From Candidatus Kaiserbacteria bacterium (lineage in GTDB: Bacteria > Patescibacteriota > Minisyncoccia > Phycocordibacterales > Phycocordibacteraceae), in assembly GCA_027451665.1 (NCBI GenBank), contig DAIDIW010000001.1, positions 159,773 to 223,772 of the forward strand: a stretch of 64,000 nucleotides of DNA. The letters are read 5' to 3'. Both the position numbers and the translations under genes were made by a program. Each line of letters opens with the position of its first letter. Within the stretch, counting starts at the first letter, position 1. This document shows positions 8,214 through 17,972 of this stretch, piece by piece. The notes beneath the pieces are model-generated. The model was not told where the DNA came from, did no database searches, and saw nothing but the letters and a program-made list of their open reading frames with translations.

Positions 8214-11200
8214 ATGAATCGCTTTACGCTCGTGCCCGTTTCTCTCTCTGCGCTTCTCTTTGTCGCCGGGATGTTTTTCCCGCTCACGACGATGGCGGCT
8301 TCGGTCTCGCCGGGAGATGTCGTTATTAATGAGTTCGTCTCCAACAATAACCCGAGTTCCGAATGGGTCGAGCTCTATAACACGACCGCTACTGCGGTTG
8401 ATGTGAACGGTTGGAAGCTTCAGGACCTTACCTTTACCAGCGACGTCCCGACTGGATTCGCAACGACGACCATTGATGCGACCGACGCCTTCACGGTGTC
8501 CGGTACGGCGACGACCTCGGCGACGACGATACCCGCTAACGGCTACCTGGTCGTAGACGTGAGCGGGCTGAATAACGGCGGCGACAGCATCTCGCTCTGG
8601 AACGCCACGGGCACAAAATATGATGCGGTGACGTATGGCTCGGTTTCCGGCTATACGTCGGATGTTGCCGCGCCCTCCTACGGCTATGCGGCGTATCGCG
8701 GTCCCGACGGCTCAAGCCATTGGTACCTTACGGCAACGCCCACGCAGGGCACGGAAAATACCCCCGTTATAAACGTCTCCAATACCGCAGGCCTCCTCTC
8801 GGCGCTCTCTAGTGCCCCTGCTGGCAGCACGATCATGCTTGCGGACGGCACCTATACGCTCTCGAGCACGCTCGAGATCCCGACCGCGCTCACACTCGAA
8901 GGCGCGAGCGAAGCGGGTACCGTGATCGATGCGTCTTCGGTGAGTGGCTATGCCGTGCATACGCAAGCGAGCAATGTAACGATAGAGAACCTGACCGTGA
9001 AGGGTAATCCATCCTCATCCTCTGGCAGCTATGGTCTCAAAATTGAAGGTACGACCCCGAACTCCATGCCGGGTTCGACGAGCGACGGCGTGCGAAGCAC
9101 GAATATCACTGTGCAGAACGTTACCGTCAATGATTCTTACCGGACTGGCGTGGATCTAAACGGTGTGAACGGTGTGACCCTCACGAACGTTACTGTGACG
9201 AATGTCGGAAAGGGCACAGGAATTGGTCTCACCGATGTCGATAACGCGACGCTTTCTGGCATCACGACTTCGGGCAACGCGTGGGGCGGGATCGCCGTCT
9301 ACGCATACGGAAAATACTATCCGGGAGGTTCGAGCGACATCACGCTTACCGGTACGAATAGCATAGGCGAAACCACGCTGCCTCTCTTCGGCTTCCGTAC
9401 GGAAGTCGATAACAGCGCGTACCAGATCACAAACGTCCATGTACCATCGAGCCTCTTCCCGTATGCGGTAGGTCTCCCCTCCTACTCGGCCGGTGCGACC
9501 GTGGCGTACGTTACGAATCTTTCGGACGCAGAGACGGTCGCCGCAAGCGAATCGACGGACTCATACATCACTGCAACTGCCGACGGCAGCCTCTACGTCG
9601 TCCCCGGCCTTTCTATCCAGGCGGCGGTAAATGGAGCGGCTTCCGGCGCGACCGTGCACATCGCGGCGGGCACGTATACGGAGCAGGTATCGATCGATAA
9701 GAATCTCACGCTCATGGGCGAAGGCACGTCGACGGTCATCGCGTCGCCCGACACGCTTTCGACGTCCTTCTCGACTGCCTCCGGAGCACGCAAGGCGGTC
9801 GTGTTTGCGACAGACGCGAATGACGTGAACATCACGAATCTTGAGGTCGATGGGCTCGGGAAGGGTAACGCGAACGGCAGCTTCATGGGTATCGCGTTCT
9901 ACAACGCCGGCGGTTCTATCGCCTCGACCACGGTCACCGCCGTGCGGGAGACGCCGTTCAACGGCGACCAGCAGGGGAATGCCATCTATGCCTACAATGA
10001 TGCAACGAGTACCGCGCTCTCCATCACGGACAATCTCGTGAGTGACTTCCAGAAGAACGGCATCACCACGAACGGAAGCGGCTTGACCGCGACGATCTCC
10101 GGCAACACGGTGACGGGCCAGGGTGCGACCGCAGTTACCGCCCAGAACGGCATACAAGTCGGTTTCGGCGCAGTCGGTACCGTTACCGGAAACACAGTGA
10201 ACGGAATCTACTGCCTCTATGCGAGCGTGGGCGACAACTGTACGCTCATGCCGACCGCGACCTCAACGGCAGCTGATGGCGCGGCGGCGGTGCTTCTCTA
10301 CTCGCCCGGTTCTTCCGCTACAACGACCGTGAACGACAACACCATTACCGGAAGCCAATACGGTATCTGGACGGTCGGCGCGTATGCGCTCGACGTTGAG
10401 GGGAATGCAATCACCGGCACGACGACACCGGGCAATAATTCGACCGGTGTCGCGATATGGAGCTCGGATCAATCGGGTGCCACGGAAACGAGCACTACCG
10501 GGACGATTGCCCATAATACGATTACCGACGCGGCGTATGGCGTCCTCGTACGTGATTACACGAGCGGTCCGCCAAGCCCCGCAGTGACCATAGGCACCAA
10601 TACCTTTACGAATGTCTCGGCGCCTTTGTGGACGAACACGACGCTCCAGTTCTCTGATGTCGCGGTTGAGGCAAGTTGGGCGGGCGCGGCGACGAGCACG
10701 GCGGAGACGCTCGGCGGTACGACGTACTACTACGGCGTGAATGCGTTCCCGACTATCACACAAGGCCTTGCTGCTACCGCTGCCGGTGGAACGATCCATG
10801 TCGGTGCGGGAACGTATCCAGAGAGCCTCTCAATTTCACAGTCTGTGACGCTCGACGGCGCGCAAGCAGGAGTCGATGCGCGAACGCGTGACGTGGGTGG
10901 TGCCCAAGATGCCCAAGAGTCGATCCTCTCGGTAAGTTCCGGGAATGCGATAACGGTTCACGCGGGAACCGTGACTATCGATGGTTTCAAGTTTGAGCAG
11001 AGCGGGACGGGCGCCGGCATCACCGTGCTCGGCGGCAGCGGGGATGTGATCAAGAATTCAATCTTCTCGAGCCCGAACGGCTATGCGGCTGACGGTATCT
11101 TCTCTGCGGCGACCCTGGACCACAATCGGGTCGAAGATTCGAAGATTGGGTTCGAGGCGAATAGTGCGGCTGCGAACGATACTACGATCACTGCGAATCT

Positions 11201-13052
11201 CTTCGATAATTCAAGCGACTACGATATCAACTTCATCGAAGGCGGAAGCGGTATAACGGTCTCGGATAACGAACGCATGGGCGGCGGCGCCGGAAACTTC
11301 ATCGTCCTTTTCAAGACGACGGGAGCAAACGTAACTGGTAACCAATCAACAAGCGCGATCACCTCTTCCGCGATCTTTGTGGGAGGCGGTACGAGCGACA
11401 CAACCATCAGCGGCAATACGCTAACAGGCGGAACGGCGACCGCTGTGAACATCAGCAACATTATCGGTGCGCCGAATACGGGGACGCTCGTAATCGCTCA
11501 TAACGATCTCTCCGGTAATGCGAAGGGTGTCTACGTTGCATCGAATGCGCTCGGGACGGGCGCGACGATAGACGTGCATGACAACAATCTCTCCGGTGAT
11601 ACCACTGCGGGTCTCGATAACGAAGCGTCTGCGTTCACAGTGGATGCTTCGCCTGATTGGTGGGGAGACTTGAGCGGGCCGGCAACCTCGACAAATCCGA
11701 CCGCGACCGGCTCAGCGATCGTGGGCACAGGCCCCGTGACCTATACGCCGTGGTACAAGGACGCCGCGATGACCACCTTGAAGTGGCCGGTGTATACGAG
11801 CGGAACCTCTGCGTCGACAACCATCGCAAGCGAGACGACGCTCACCGGAACGAGTACGACCGCAAGCAGCACGAGCGTTACGGTCACGATTCCGAGCGGC
11901 ACTACCGTAACGGGCAATAGCGCCTGGGACGGCACTATCATGGCGCCGACTGCGTCATCGACGACGCTCTCGCTCCCGGGCTCCACGGTTACCACGAGCG
12001 CGGCAATCACGGTCGGTTCGAGCCAATACGATCTGTACTTCAGCACGCCGGTGAAGCTCTTCTTCGCCGGTGAAGCCGGGAAAAGCGTCGGCTTCTATAA
12101 CGCGGCAGGAGTGTTCTCTCAGATTACGGAACACTGTGACGGTGTCGGCACGCCCACAGTTGGCGGTACGGCTCTGGCGACGACCTCGCCGGGTGAAGCG
12201 TGCAGCATTGCGGACGGTTCAGACCTCATCGTATGGACGACGCACTTCTCGACCTTCGTGACGTATACCTCGACACCGAACGCGCCGGTCATCTCGCCCG
12301 ACGGGGCGGTGTTCCACGGGACGGTGAACGTCACGATGGACGATACGGCAAGCAATGCCTACGTTCGATACACCACTGACGGCACCGATCCGACCTGTTC
12401 GACTGGTAGTGGATACGCGAATGGCCAGGTGCTGTCCTTCAGTGATGCCGTGACCCTGAAAGCCATTCGCTGCGAAACCGGCGGTACGGTGTACTCGACG
12501 ATCGCAAGCGCATCCTTCAGTCCTGCGGCAGGAGGGGGTTCGGGCGGCGGAGGTAGCAGCGGCGGCGGCGGTTCGGGCGGCGGAGGCGCAATCTCCCTGC
12601 CTCCCGTAACGCAGACGCAAACGTCTACGCAGAACCAGAACCAGAATCAGAATCAAAACCAGGGTGGAGAAGTGCTTGGTGCGGCTGCGTACAACTTCGC
12701 GCACAATCTTGCGCTTGGCGCACGCGGCACGGACGTCCTGCAGCTGCAGCAGTACCTTATTGCGGAAGGCTTCGACATTCCTGCGATTACGAAAGCGCAT
12801 GCGGCCTTCGGCTACTTCGGTAGCGAGACGAAGGCGGCGGTGATCGCCTTCCAGAAGGCAAACAAGATTGCTGCAACTGGTTATGTAGGACCGCTCACGC
12901 GCGCACTCCTCAACAAGGGCGTGATCAACACGACTCCCGAGCAGGCGACGAACCTGACGCAGTCTCAGGTGAACTCAATTCTCTCGGTCCTCGAGTCCTT
13001 CAATGTGGACCCTGCGACGCTCGCGAAGGTGAAAGCGGCGCTCGGACAATAG
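8214..13052 (+). CDS. Giant secreted surface protein: lamin-tail domain, parallel beta-helix repeats, chitobiase/Hex-C-like domain, Gly/Ser and Gln/Asn linkers, and a C-terminal PG_binding_1 domain
   Basis: Signal peptide (MNRF...TTMAASV). LTD motif GDVVINEF...WVELYN...NGWKLQD. Many NxTxxNxT beta-helix turns. (GGGS)n and (QN)n linkers. C-terminal LQLQQYL...FGYFGSETKAAVIAFQ peptidoglycan-binding fold. Confidence 0.8.
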   Translation: MNRFTLVPVSLSALLFVAGMFFPLTTMAASVSPGDVVINEFVSNNNPSSEWVELYNTTATAVDVNGWKLQDLTFTSDVPTGFATTTIDATDAFTVSGTATTSATTIPANGYLVVDVSGLNNGGDSISLWNATGTKYDAVTYGSVSGYTSDVAAPSYGYAAYRGPDGSSHWYLTATPTQGTENTPVINVSNTAGLLSALSSAPAGSTIMLADGTYTLSSTLEIPTALTLEGASEAGTVIDASSVSGYAVHTQASNVTIENLTVKGNPSSSSGSYGLKIEGTTPNSMPGSTSDGVRSTNITVQNVTVNDSYRTGVDLNGVNGVTLTNVTVTNVGKGTGIGLTDVDNATLSGITTSGNAWGGIAVYAYGKYYPGGSSDITLTGTNSIGETTLPLFGFRTEVDNSAYQITNVHVPSSLFPYAVGLPSYSAGATVAYVTNLSDAETVAASESTDSYITATADGSLYVVPGLSIQAAVNGAASGATVHIAAGTYTEQVSIDKNLTLMGEGTSTVIASPDTLSTSFSTASGARKAVVFATDANDVNITNLEVDGLGKGNANGSFMGIAFYNAGGSIASTTVTAVRETPFNGDQQGNAIYAYNDATSTALSITDNLVSDFQKNGITTNGSGLTATISGNTVTGQGATAVTAQNGIQVGFGAVGTVTGNTVNGIYCLYASVGDNCTLMPTATSTAADGAAAVLLYSPGSSATTTVNDNTITGSQYGIWTVGAYALDVEGNAITGTTTPGNNSTGVAIWSSDQSGATETSTTGTIAHNTITDAAYGVLVRDYTSGPPSPAVTIGTNTFTNVSAPLWTNTTLQFSDVAVEASWAGAATSTAETLGGTTYYYGVNAFPTITQGLAATAAGGTIHVGAGTYPESLSISQSVTLDGAQAGVDARTRDVGGAQDAQESILSVSSGNAITVHAGTVTIDGFKFEQSGTGAGITVLGGSGDVIKNSIFSSPNGYAADGIFSAATLDHNRVEDSKIGFEANSAAANDTTITANLFDNSSDYDINFIEGGSGITVSDNERMGGGAGNFIVLFKTTGANVTGNQSTSAITSSAIFVGGGTSDTTISGNTLTGGTATAVNISNIIGAPNTGTLVIAHNDLSGNAKGVYVASNALGTGATIDVHDNNLSGDTTAGLDNEASAFTVDASPDWWGDLSGPATSTNPTATGSAIVGTGPVTYTPWYKDAAMTTLKWPVYTSGTSASTTIASETTLTGTSTTASSTSVTVTIPSGTTVTGNSAWDGTIMAPTASSTTLSLPGSTVTTSAAITVGSSQYDLYFSTPVKLFFAGEAGKSVGFYNAAGVFSQITEHCDGVGTPTVGGTALATTSPGEACSIADGSDLIVWTTHFSTFVTYTSTPNAPVISPDGAVFHGTVNVTMDDTASNAYVRYTTDGTDPTCSTGSGYANGQVLSFSDAVTLKAIRCETGGTVYSTIASASFSPAAGGGSGGGGSSGGGGSGGGGAISLPPVTQTQTSTQNQNQNQNQNQGGEVLGAAAYNFAHNLALGARGTDVLQLQQYLIAEGFDIPAITKAHAAFGYFGSETKAAVIAFQKANKIAATGYVGPLTRALLNKGVINTTPEQATNLTQSQVNSILSVLESFNVDPATLAKVKAALGQ
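12625..12663 (+). repeat. In-frame hexanucleotide (CAGAAC-like) tandem repeat encoding (QN)n; an adjacent GGC/AGC-rich tract (12535..12594) encodes a (GGGS)n-like Gly/Ser linker
   Basis: Direct reading shows cagaaccagaaccagaatcagaatcaaaaccag. The units are multiples of 3, so length changes would not shift the frame. Confidence 0.5.
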
Positions 13053-13071
13053 CTGGTTCCACATCGGTCGC

Positions 13072-13103
13072 ACGACAACCCGCGCAGCCGCGCGGGTTGT
13101 CGT
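13072..13103 (+). terminator. GC-rich perfect hairpin downstream of the giant gene (terminator-like, weak U tract)
   Basis: ACGACAACCCGCGC-AGCC-GCGCGGGTTGTCGT is a 14-bp perfect stem, followed by TATCGT. Confidence 0.45.
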
Positions 13104-13136
13104 TATCGTGAGTACATCGTAGAGTGAGATCACGGT

Positions 13137-14141
13137 ATGCGCTGGTGGCATCACCTCCACGACTACTTCCTCCCGCACGAGCGTAACGGTTTCCGGCCGC
13201 ACGTATTCGGGGTAACCTCGGTCGCAGCGCTAGCGATATTGATGCTCGTACTCGAGCTTGGGTTCCTCGCCCAGGTGAAGTTCGTGTTCCCGAACACGGA
13301 ATTTCTCGCCTCAGTGCTGCCAGGCGTTCTTGCCACTCTCACGAACGACGCGCGCGTGTCTGCCGGCGTCCCGGTGCTCACCCAGTCAGCGAAGCTTGAC
13401 GAAGCGGCGCGTCTTGCCGCTATCGATATGGCGGAGAAAGGGTATTTCGCGCATGTGTCTCCGGACGGGAAGACACCCTGGTACTGGCTCGGTCAGGTCG
13501 GGTATGCGTATTCCTACGCGGGCGAGAATCTCGCGGTGAACTTTTCCGATTCGCAAACGCTCCAGGCCGCGTGGATGGCCTCGCCTTCGCACGAGGCAAA
13601 CATCGTGAAGCCGCAATACACGCAGGTCGGCTTCGGCACGGCGGACGGGATGTATGAGGGGAAAGAGACAACATTTGTCGTCGAATTCTTCGCCACGCCG
13701 CTTGCTACGAGTACGAGGGAAGCAAAGCCCGCACCGATAGCCGCGACCGTCCCGGAAAAGGTGAAGCTCGCGTCTTCGACTGCCGCGATTCTCGGTGCCG
13801 CGACGCCGACGAGCGCAACGTCCGTTGTTACTTCTGTTCAAGCGCCGCGCGCGCCCGCAGCTGCACGCGCGGCACCGGTTTCCCATTGGACGGACTGGCT
13901 GCTCGCGTCGCCCTACTCGACGCTCGAATTCGTGCTCGCGCTGTTCTTTGCGATGATTGCAGGACTCGTTGCTGCGGCGATGGTGCGCCACTGGCGTCCG
14001 CCTCACCCGCATGTGGTGGTCGGCGGGGCGCTCCTGCTCGCGCTCTCTTTCGGGCTCCTCGCGCTAAATCCGATGCTCTCGGGACCGGTGCAAGTCTCCG
14101 CGGGCGTCCCGCATTTCGCGAGCGTACATGTGGCACCGTAG
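13137..14141 (+). CDS. CAP/SCP (YkwD-like) domain protein with N- and C-terminal TM segments
   Basis: CAP motifs (GYFAHVSPDG...GENLA...AAWMASPSHEANIV...VGFG). Ala/Thr/Pro-rich linker and a hydrophobic C-terminus. Confidence 0.7.
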   Translation: MRWWHHLHDYFLPHERNGFRPHVFGVTSVAALAILMLVLELGFLAQVKFVFPNTEFLASVLPGVLATLTNDARVSAGVPVLTQSAKLDEAARLAAIDMAEKGYFAHVSPDGKTPWYWLGQVGYAYSYAGENLAVNFSDSQTLQAAWMASPSHEANIVKPQYTQVGFGTADGMYEGKETTFVVEFFATPLATSTREAKPAPIAATVPEKVKLASSTAAILGAATPTSATSVVTSVQAPRAPAAARAAPVSHWTDWLLASPYSTLEFVLALFFAMIAGLVAAAMVRHWRPPHPHVVVGGALLLALSFGLLALNPMLSGPVQVSAGVPHFASVHVAP

Positions 14142-14277
14142 TCAGAAGGTCTGGTTCCGTTTGTGTCCAAGATTGCGGACTTCCGCGACACGTCTCCCGC
14201 ACTGAGTATCGCTAAAGACGATACGCATGACCCGCGTTCGAAGACGTGTGTAACGTGAGTCCGCTGCGGAAGTAAAT

Positions 14278-15354
14278 ATGGCGCTTGCGTCTCTCTTACC
14301 GTGGTGGCCATGCTATATTCACGATGTGATTCCGCTCGATAAGAACGAGAGCTATTGGCTCCTTGACGAGGAGCTCGTGCACGTAGCGAGTTCGTTCAAT
14401 CGGGACGTTTTCTCGCGCTACCCCTCCTACGACGATTTATTGGCGATGCTCGCGACCTATGCGGACATCCGGCAGGATTCGGTTCTCATGACGCCTGGTT
14501 CGGATGCGGCAATCGAGCTCATTGCGCGATCGTTTTCAGGAACTAAAGGCGTTCTACCCGTGCCGACATTCTATGGTTACGAGAAGATTCTTGATCGCGC
14601 AGGCGTTCAGACGATTCCAGTCTGCTACACCGAGGAAAGGGGATCCTTCCGATTTCCGTTCGAGGAGACAGTTAAGGCACTAGCAGATGCAAAAATACTG
14701 TTTCTCTGTCAGCCCAATAATCCGCTGGGTTCATCGATTCCCGAAGACCAGGTGAGAGAGCTCGTGCGTGAAGCGGGAAACCGAGGGGTTATGGTCGTAC
14801 TCGATGAGGCCTACTACGAGTTTTCCGGTCGCTCGATGGTGGCCGCTATGAAGGAGAATTCTCACCTCGTAATCACGCGTACGTTATCGAAAGGGTTCGG
14901 ACTATCGGGCGGCCGCATCGGTTATCTTCTCGCCGCTCCTGAGGTCGTCTCGAGATTCAAGACTCAGCTGCTCCCGTGGCCTATCGCGAACTTGAGCGTC
15001 TCGGCGGCGCGCGCCCTCCTCGGACGGGCAAGCGCGGTCAAGGCGCGTGTGCAGAAGGTCATCGAAGTTCGCGACACGTTCGCCGAAAGGCTTCGGACAC
15101 TGCCGACGTTCGTGGTCTATCCATCAGAGACAAACTTTCTACTCGTCAGGACCCCGGATGCAGATAGAGTAGTCGAAACCTGTACCGCAGCCGGAGTCCG
15201 TGTCGTCCCAGGGGAACCGATGAGTCGCTTTCCTGAAGCGCGTGCGCTCTTAAAAAACACGATTCGCATGGCAGTGCCTTCTCCTGAGGACACTACCATC
15301 GTCGAAGCAGCGTTCAGGGCGTCCTTCACAGAGGAGCCATTCACAAATTGCTAG
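14278..15354 (+). CDS. Class I/II PLP-dependent aminotransferase (HisC-like)
   Basis: LDEAYYEF and RTLSKGFGLSGGRIGY (PLP-Lys) motifs. About 350 aa. Confidence 0.7.
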   Translation: MALASLLPWWPCYIHDVIPLDKNESYWLLDEELVHVASSFNRDVFSRYPSYDDLLAMLATYADIRQDSVLMTPGSDAAIELIARSFSGTKGVLPVPTFYGYEKILDRAGVQTIPVCYTEERGSFRFPFEETVKALADAKILFLCQPNNPLGSSIPEDQVRELVREAGNRGVMVVLDEAYYEFSGRSMVAAMKENSHLVITRTLSKGFGLSGGRIGYLLAAPEVVSRFKTQLLPWPIANLSVSAARALLGRASAVKARVQKVIEVRDTFAERLRTLPTFVVYPSETNFLLVRTPDADRVVETCTAAGVRVVPGEPMSRFPEARALLKNTIRMAVPSPEDTTIVEAAFRASFTEEPFTNC

Positions 15355-16922
15355 AGTGTGGTAATGTCACGCGTATGCAATCGTCCGGCGTAAAGCCGAA
15401 GACGCGAACTCGGAGGGCTGCTCGCACGGCATTTTTCTATGCTGCACTCGAACACGCGGTTCCCGATCGTCAGAGTGCGGAGTGGATGAAGGTGCAGAGG
15501 ACTCATTTGACCTCTCTTTTTAAGAGAATGGCGGAAGGTGTTCCTGCCTATGGACGATTTTTGCGCCAGAACAAAATCAAGGTCGATCAGATTCACACGA
15601 TCGGTGATCTTGCGAATGTTCCGCTTACGAGTAAAAGCAACTATCTGCGCCAGAACGCGTTCCCAGATCTCTTCTGGGGCGGGAACCTAAAGAATTCGCA
15701 TATCCTTACCTCGACTTCGGGCTCAACAGGGAAGCCGACCTACTTCGCCCGTTCGCATGAGGTAGATGAGCACTCTTCGATAGTTCATGAGCTCATATTT
15801 CGTACAAGTTCGTTGAAACATAAGGAGTCAACGCTGGTCATCGTCTGCTTCGGCATGGGTGTATGGATCGGCGGCCTCATCACATACCAGGCGTTCGAAC
15901 TCATGAGTCGCCGAGGGTATCCGATCTCCATTCTCACACCGGGCATAAATAAGGCGGAGATCCTGAAGACATTGCGCGACCTGGCACCACATTATAAGCA
16001 GCTCATTCTTGCCGGTTATCCTCCGTTTCTCAAAGATGTGATTGATGAAGCGGTCGAGAGCGGTATTTCCTTCGACAAACACCGCGTCATGCTTCTTTTC
16101 GCTGCAGAAGCCTTTACGGAGAATTTTCGCGACCACGTGCTCGAGCGTGCCAACGTGCAAAATTCGCTTACGGATGCGGTGAACATTTATGGAAGTGCTG
16201 ATATTGGAACCATGGCCTTCGAGACGCCACTCTCCATTCTTGCACGTCGTCTCGCACTCAAGAACGAGAAACTCTTCGCGGAGCTTTTCCGGGGCACTAC
16301 CAAGACACCGACGCTGGCACAATATCTTCCGCAGTTTGTCTCGTTTGAGGCACCGAATGGCGAGATTCTTGTCTCCGGCGATAGTGCTCTACCGCTCATG
16401 CGATACTCCATCGGGGATCATGGGGGCGTCTACTCTTTTGCTGAGCTCTCTGAACGTTTCAAAACGCACGGCATAGATCTCAAGAGGGAAGCTCGCGCTG
16501 CAGGGATCGGTCCGCATATTCGCGAACTGCCCTTCGTTTATGTCTACGAACGCCTCGATCTCTCCACGACACTCTATGGACTGCAGATCTATCCCGAGAC
16601 GATTCGTGAAGTCCTGCTTGATAAGCGGTTCAACGAAGTACTTACTGGTAAGCTCTCACTCATAACAAAGTTTGATGAGGAGCAGAATCAATATCTGGAG
16701 ATAAACCTAGAGCTCAAACCGCATAAAGAGGCGGGAAAGGTTATCGCATCCGAAATCTCGACTGAGATTGTACGGAACCTGCGTGAAAAGAATTCTGAGT
16801 TCCATGAACTCTCAGACTTTCTCGGCAAGCGGTCTGAACCGCGCTTGGTCTTCTGGAAGTATGAAGACCCCCTCTACTTTAAACCGGGTATCAAGCAGGC
16901 TTGGGTAGTACGACCCTCGTAG
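15348..16922 (+). CDS. PaaK-like adenylate-forming enzyme (phenylacetate-CoA ligase / CapK / F390-synthetase family)
   Basis: TSGSTGKPT AMP-binding P-loop, and an N-terminal region colinear with PaaK (…NVPLTSKSNYLRQNAFP…). The true start is probably an internal Met (about 15375). Confidence 0.7.
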   Translation: MLECGNVTRMQSSGVKPKTRTRRAARTAFFYAALEHAVPDRQSAEWMKVQRTHLTSLFKRMAEGVPAYGRFLRQNKIKVDQIHTIGDLANVPLTSKSNYLRQNAFPDLFWGGNLKNSHILTSTSGSTGKPTYFARSHEVDEHSSIVHELIFRTSSLKHKESTLVIVCFGMGVWIGGLITYQAFELMSRRGYPISILTPGINKAEILKTLRDLAPHYKQLILAGYPPFLKDVIDEAVESGISFDKHRVMLLFAAEAFTENFRDHVLERANVQNSLTDAVNIYGSADIGTMAFETPLSILARRLALKNEKLFAELFRGTTKTPTLAQYLPQFVSFEAPNGEILVSGDSALPLMRYSIGDHGGVYSFAELSERFKTHGIDLKREARAAGIGPHIRELPFVYVYERLDLSTTLYGLQIYPETIREVLLDKRFNEVLTGKLSLITKFDEEQNQYLEINLELKPHKEAGKVIASEISTEIVRNLREKNSEFHELSDFLGKRSEPRLVFWKYEDPLYFKPGIKQAWVVRPS

Positions 16923-16946
16923 ACTCACGCGTGGTACACTTTCTCC

Positions 16947-17972
16947 ATGTCAGCGGTAACGCTGGAATCTTTTGAGAAATCTTTCCCAGAGCAGGGGGCG
17001 CTCGAGTTGCAGATACGAGCACTTCTTACGGGCGCGATGCGCGCTCCGTCGACGCATAACAGCCAGCCGTGGCGGTTCCGGATTGTTGGGAATTCGGTTG
17101 AGGTGTTCCGTGACGAACGGGTCAAACTTCCGAATTCTGACAAGGATACGCAATATGCTCACGTAAGCATCGGGTTCCTGCTGCACCATATATACGTACT
17201 GGCGATGTATCTCGGTATGCAACCCGATATTTCTGTTGCGGGAGGAATGCCGCTCGCGACGGTTCGACTTTCTGCGGCGGGCAAATCGCGAGATACATCG
17301 ACGATGACGCTCGCGAACGCTCTTTTTGAACGTCGTAACCGACGCGGCGTTTTTACCGCTACCAAAATCCCAGACGATCTCCTGGCGCGTCTGGCCGCGG
17401 TCCAGTCCTTGCCTCCCGGTCTCCCTCCCGTCGTCCCGGCTGTGATCACAGATCAAACTAAAGCGGTTCGTATCGGCGAGCTTACGCTCAAAACTATGGA
17501 ACGCGTATACGAACGTACTGCTTTTCGTGCAGAAATGTCGCGCTGGATCGTTCCAACCGGCTCAGCGCGCAAGGACGGTATCCCAGGTTATTCGTTGAAT
17601 CTCCCGCGCCCTCTCTCCTGGCTCTTGCCGATGATGATCCGCTCGTTCAATATCGGTAAATTACCGGGTAAGGCGAGTGCTGCAGCACTTGCTTCTGCAC
17701 CAGCGATATTCGCGTTTGGTGCGGACAACGATCCGCGAGCGTGGCTTGCTATCGGCTTCACGTCCTCGCGTATTATTCTCGCACTGACTGCAGAGGGGTA
17801 CGATGCGTCTGTGTTTGTCGCGACTGCGGAATTGCCTGATATTCGCGAGGAGGTGACCAGGCTCTGCGGTCTAACAGAACCGTTGCGTTTTCTTTTTGCG
17901 GCAGGACAACTTGAAGGTGCTGCTGATTGGCAGACTCCACGGGTGCCATTAGAGGATAAGCTCATGCCATGA
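16947..17972 (+). CDS. Nitroreductase-superfamily protein, tandem-domain size (SagB/Acg-like)
   Basis: Canonical APSTHNSQPWRF motif. At 341 aa it is about twice a single nitroreductase domain. The stop overlaps the next start (ATGA). Confidence 0.65.
   Translation: MSAVTLESFEKSFPEQGALELQIRALLTGAMRAPSTHNSQPWRFRIVGNSVEVFRDERVKLPNSDKDTQYAHVSIGFLLHHIYVLAMYLGMQPDISVAGGMPLATVRLSAAGKSRDTSTMTLANALFERRNRRGVFTATKIPDDLLARLAAVQSLPPGLPPVVPAVITDQTKAVRIGELTLKTMERVYERTAFRAEMSRWIVPTGSARKDGIPGYSLNLPRPLSWLLPMMIRSFNIGKLPGKASAAALASAPAIFAFGADNDPRAWLAIGFTSSRIILALTAEGYDASVFVATAELPDIREEVTRLCGLTEPLRFLFAAGQLEGAADWQTPRVPLEDKLMP

Noticed and set aside
12535-12663. Short tandem repeats considered as a CRISPR or phase-variation locus
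   Set aside because: They lie inside a continuous ORF, the units are multiples of three (Gly/Ser and Gln/Asn linkers), and there are no spacer-like unique segments. It is not a CRISPR array and cannot cause frame switching.
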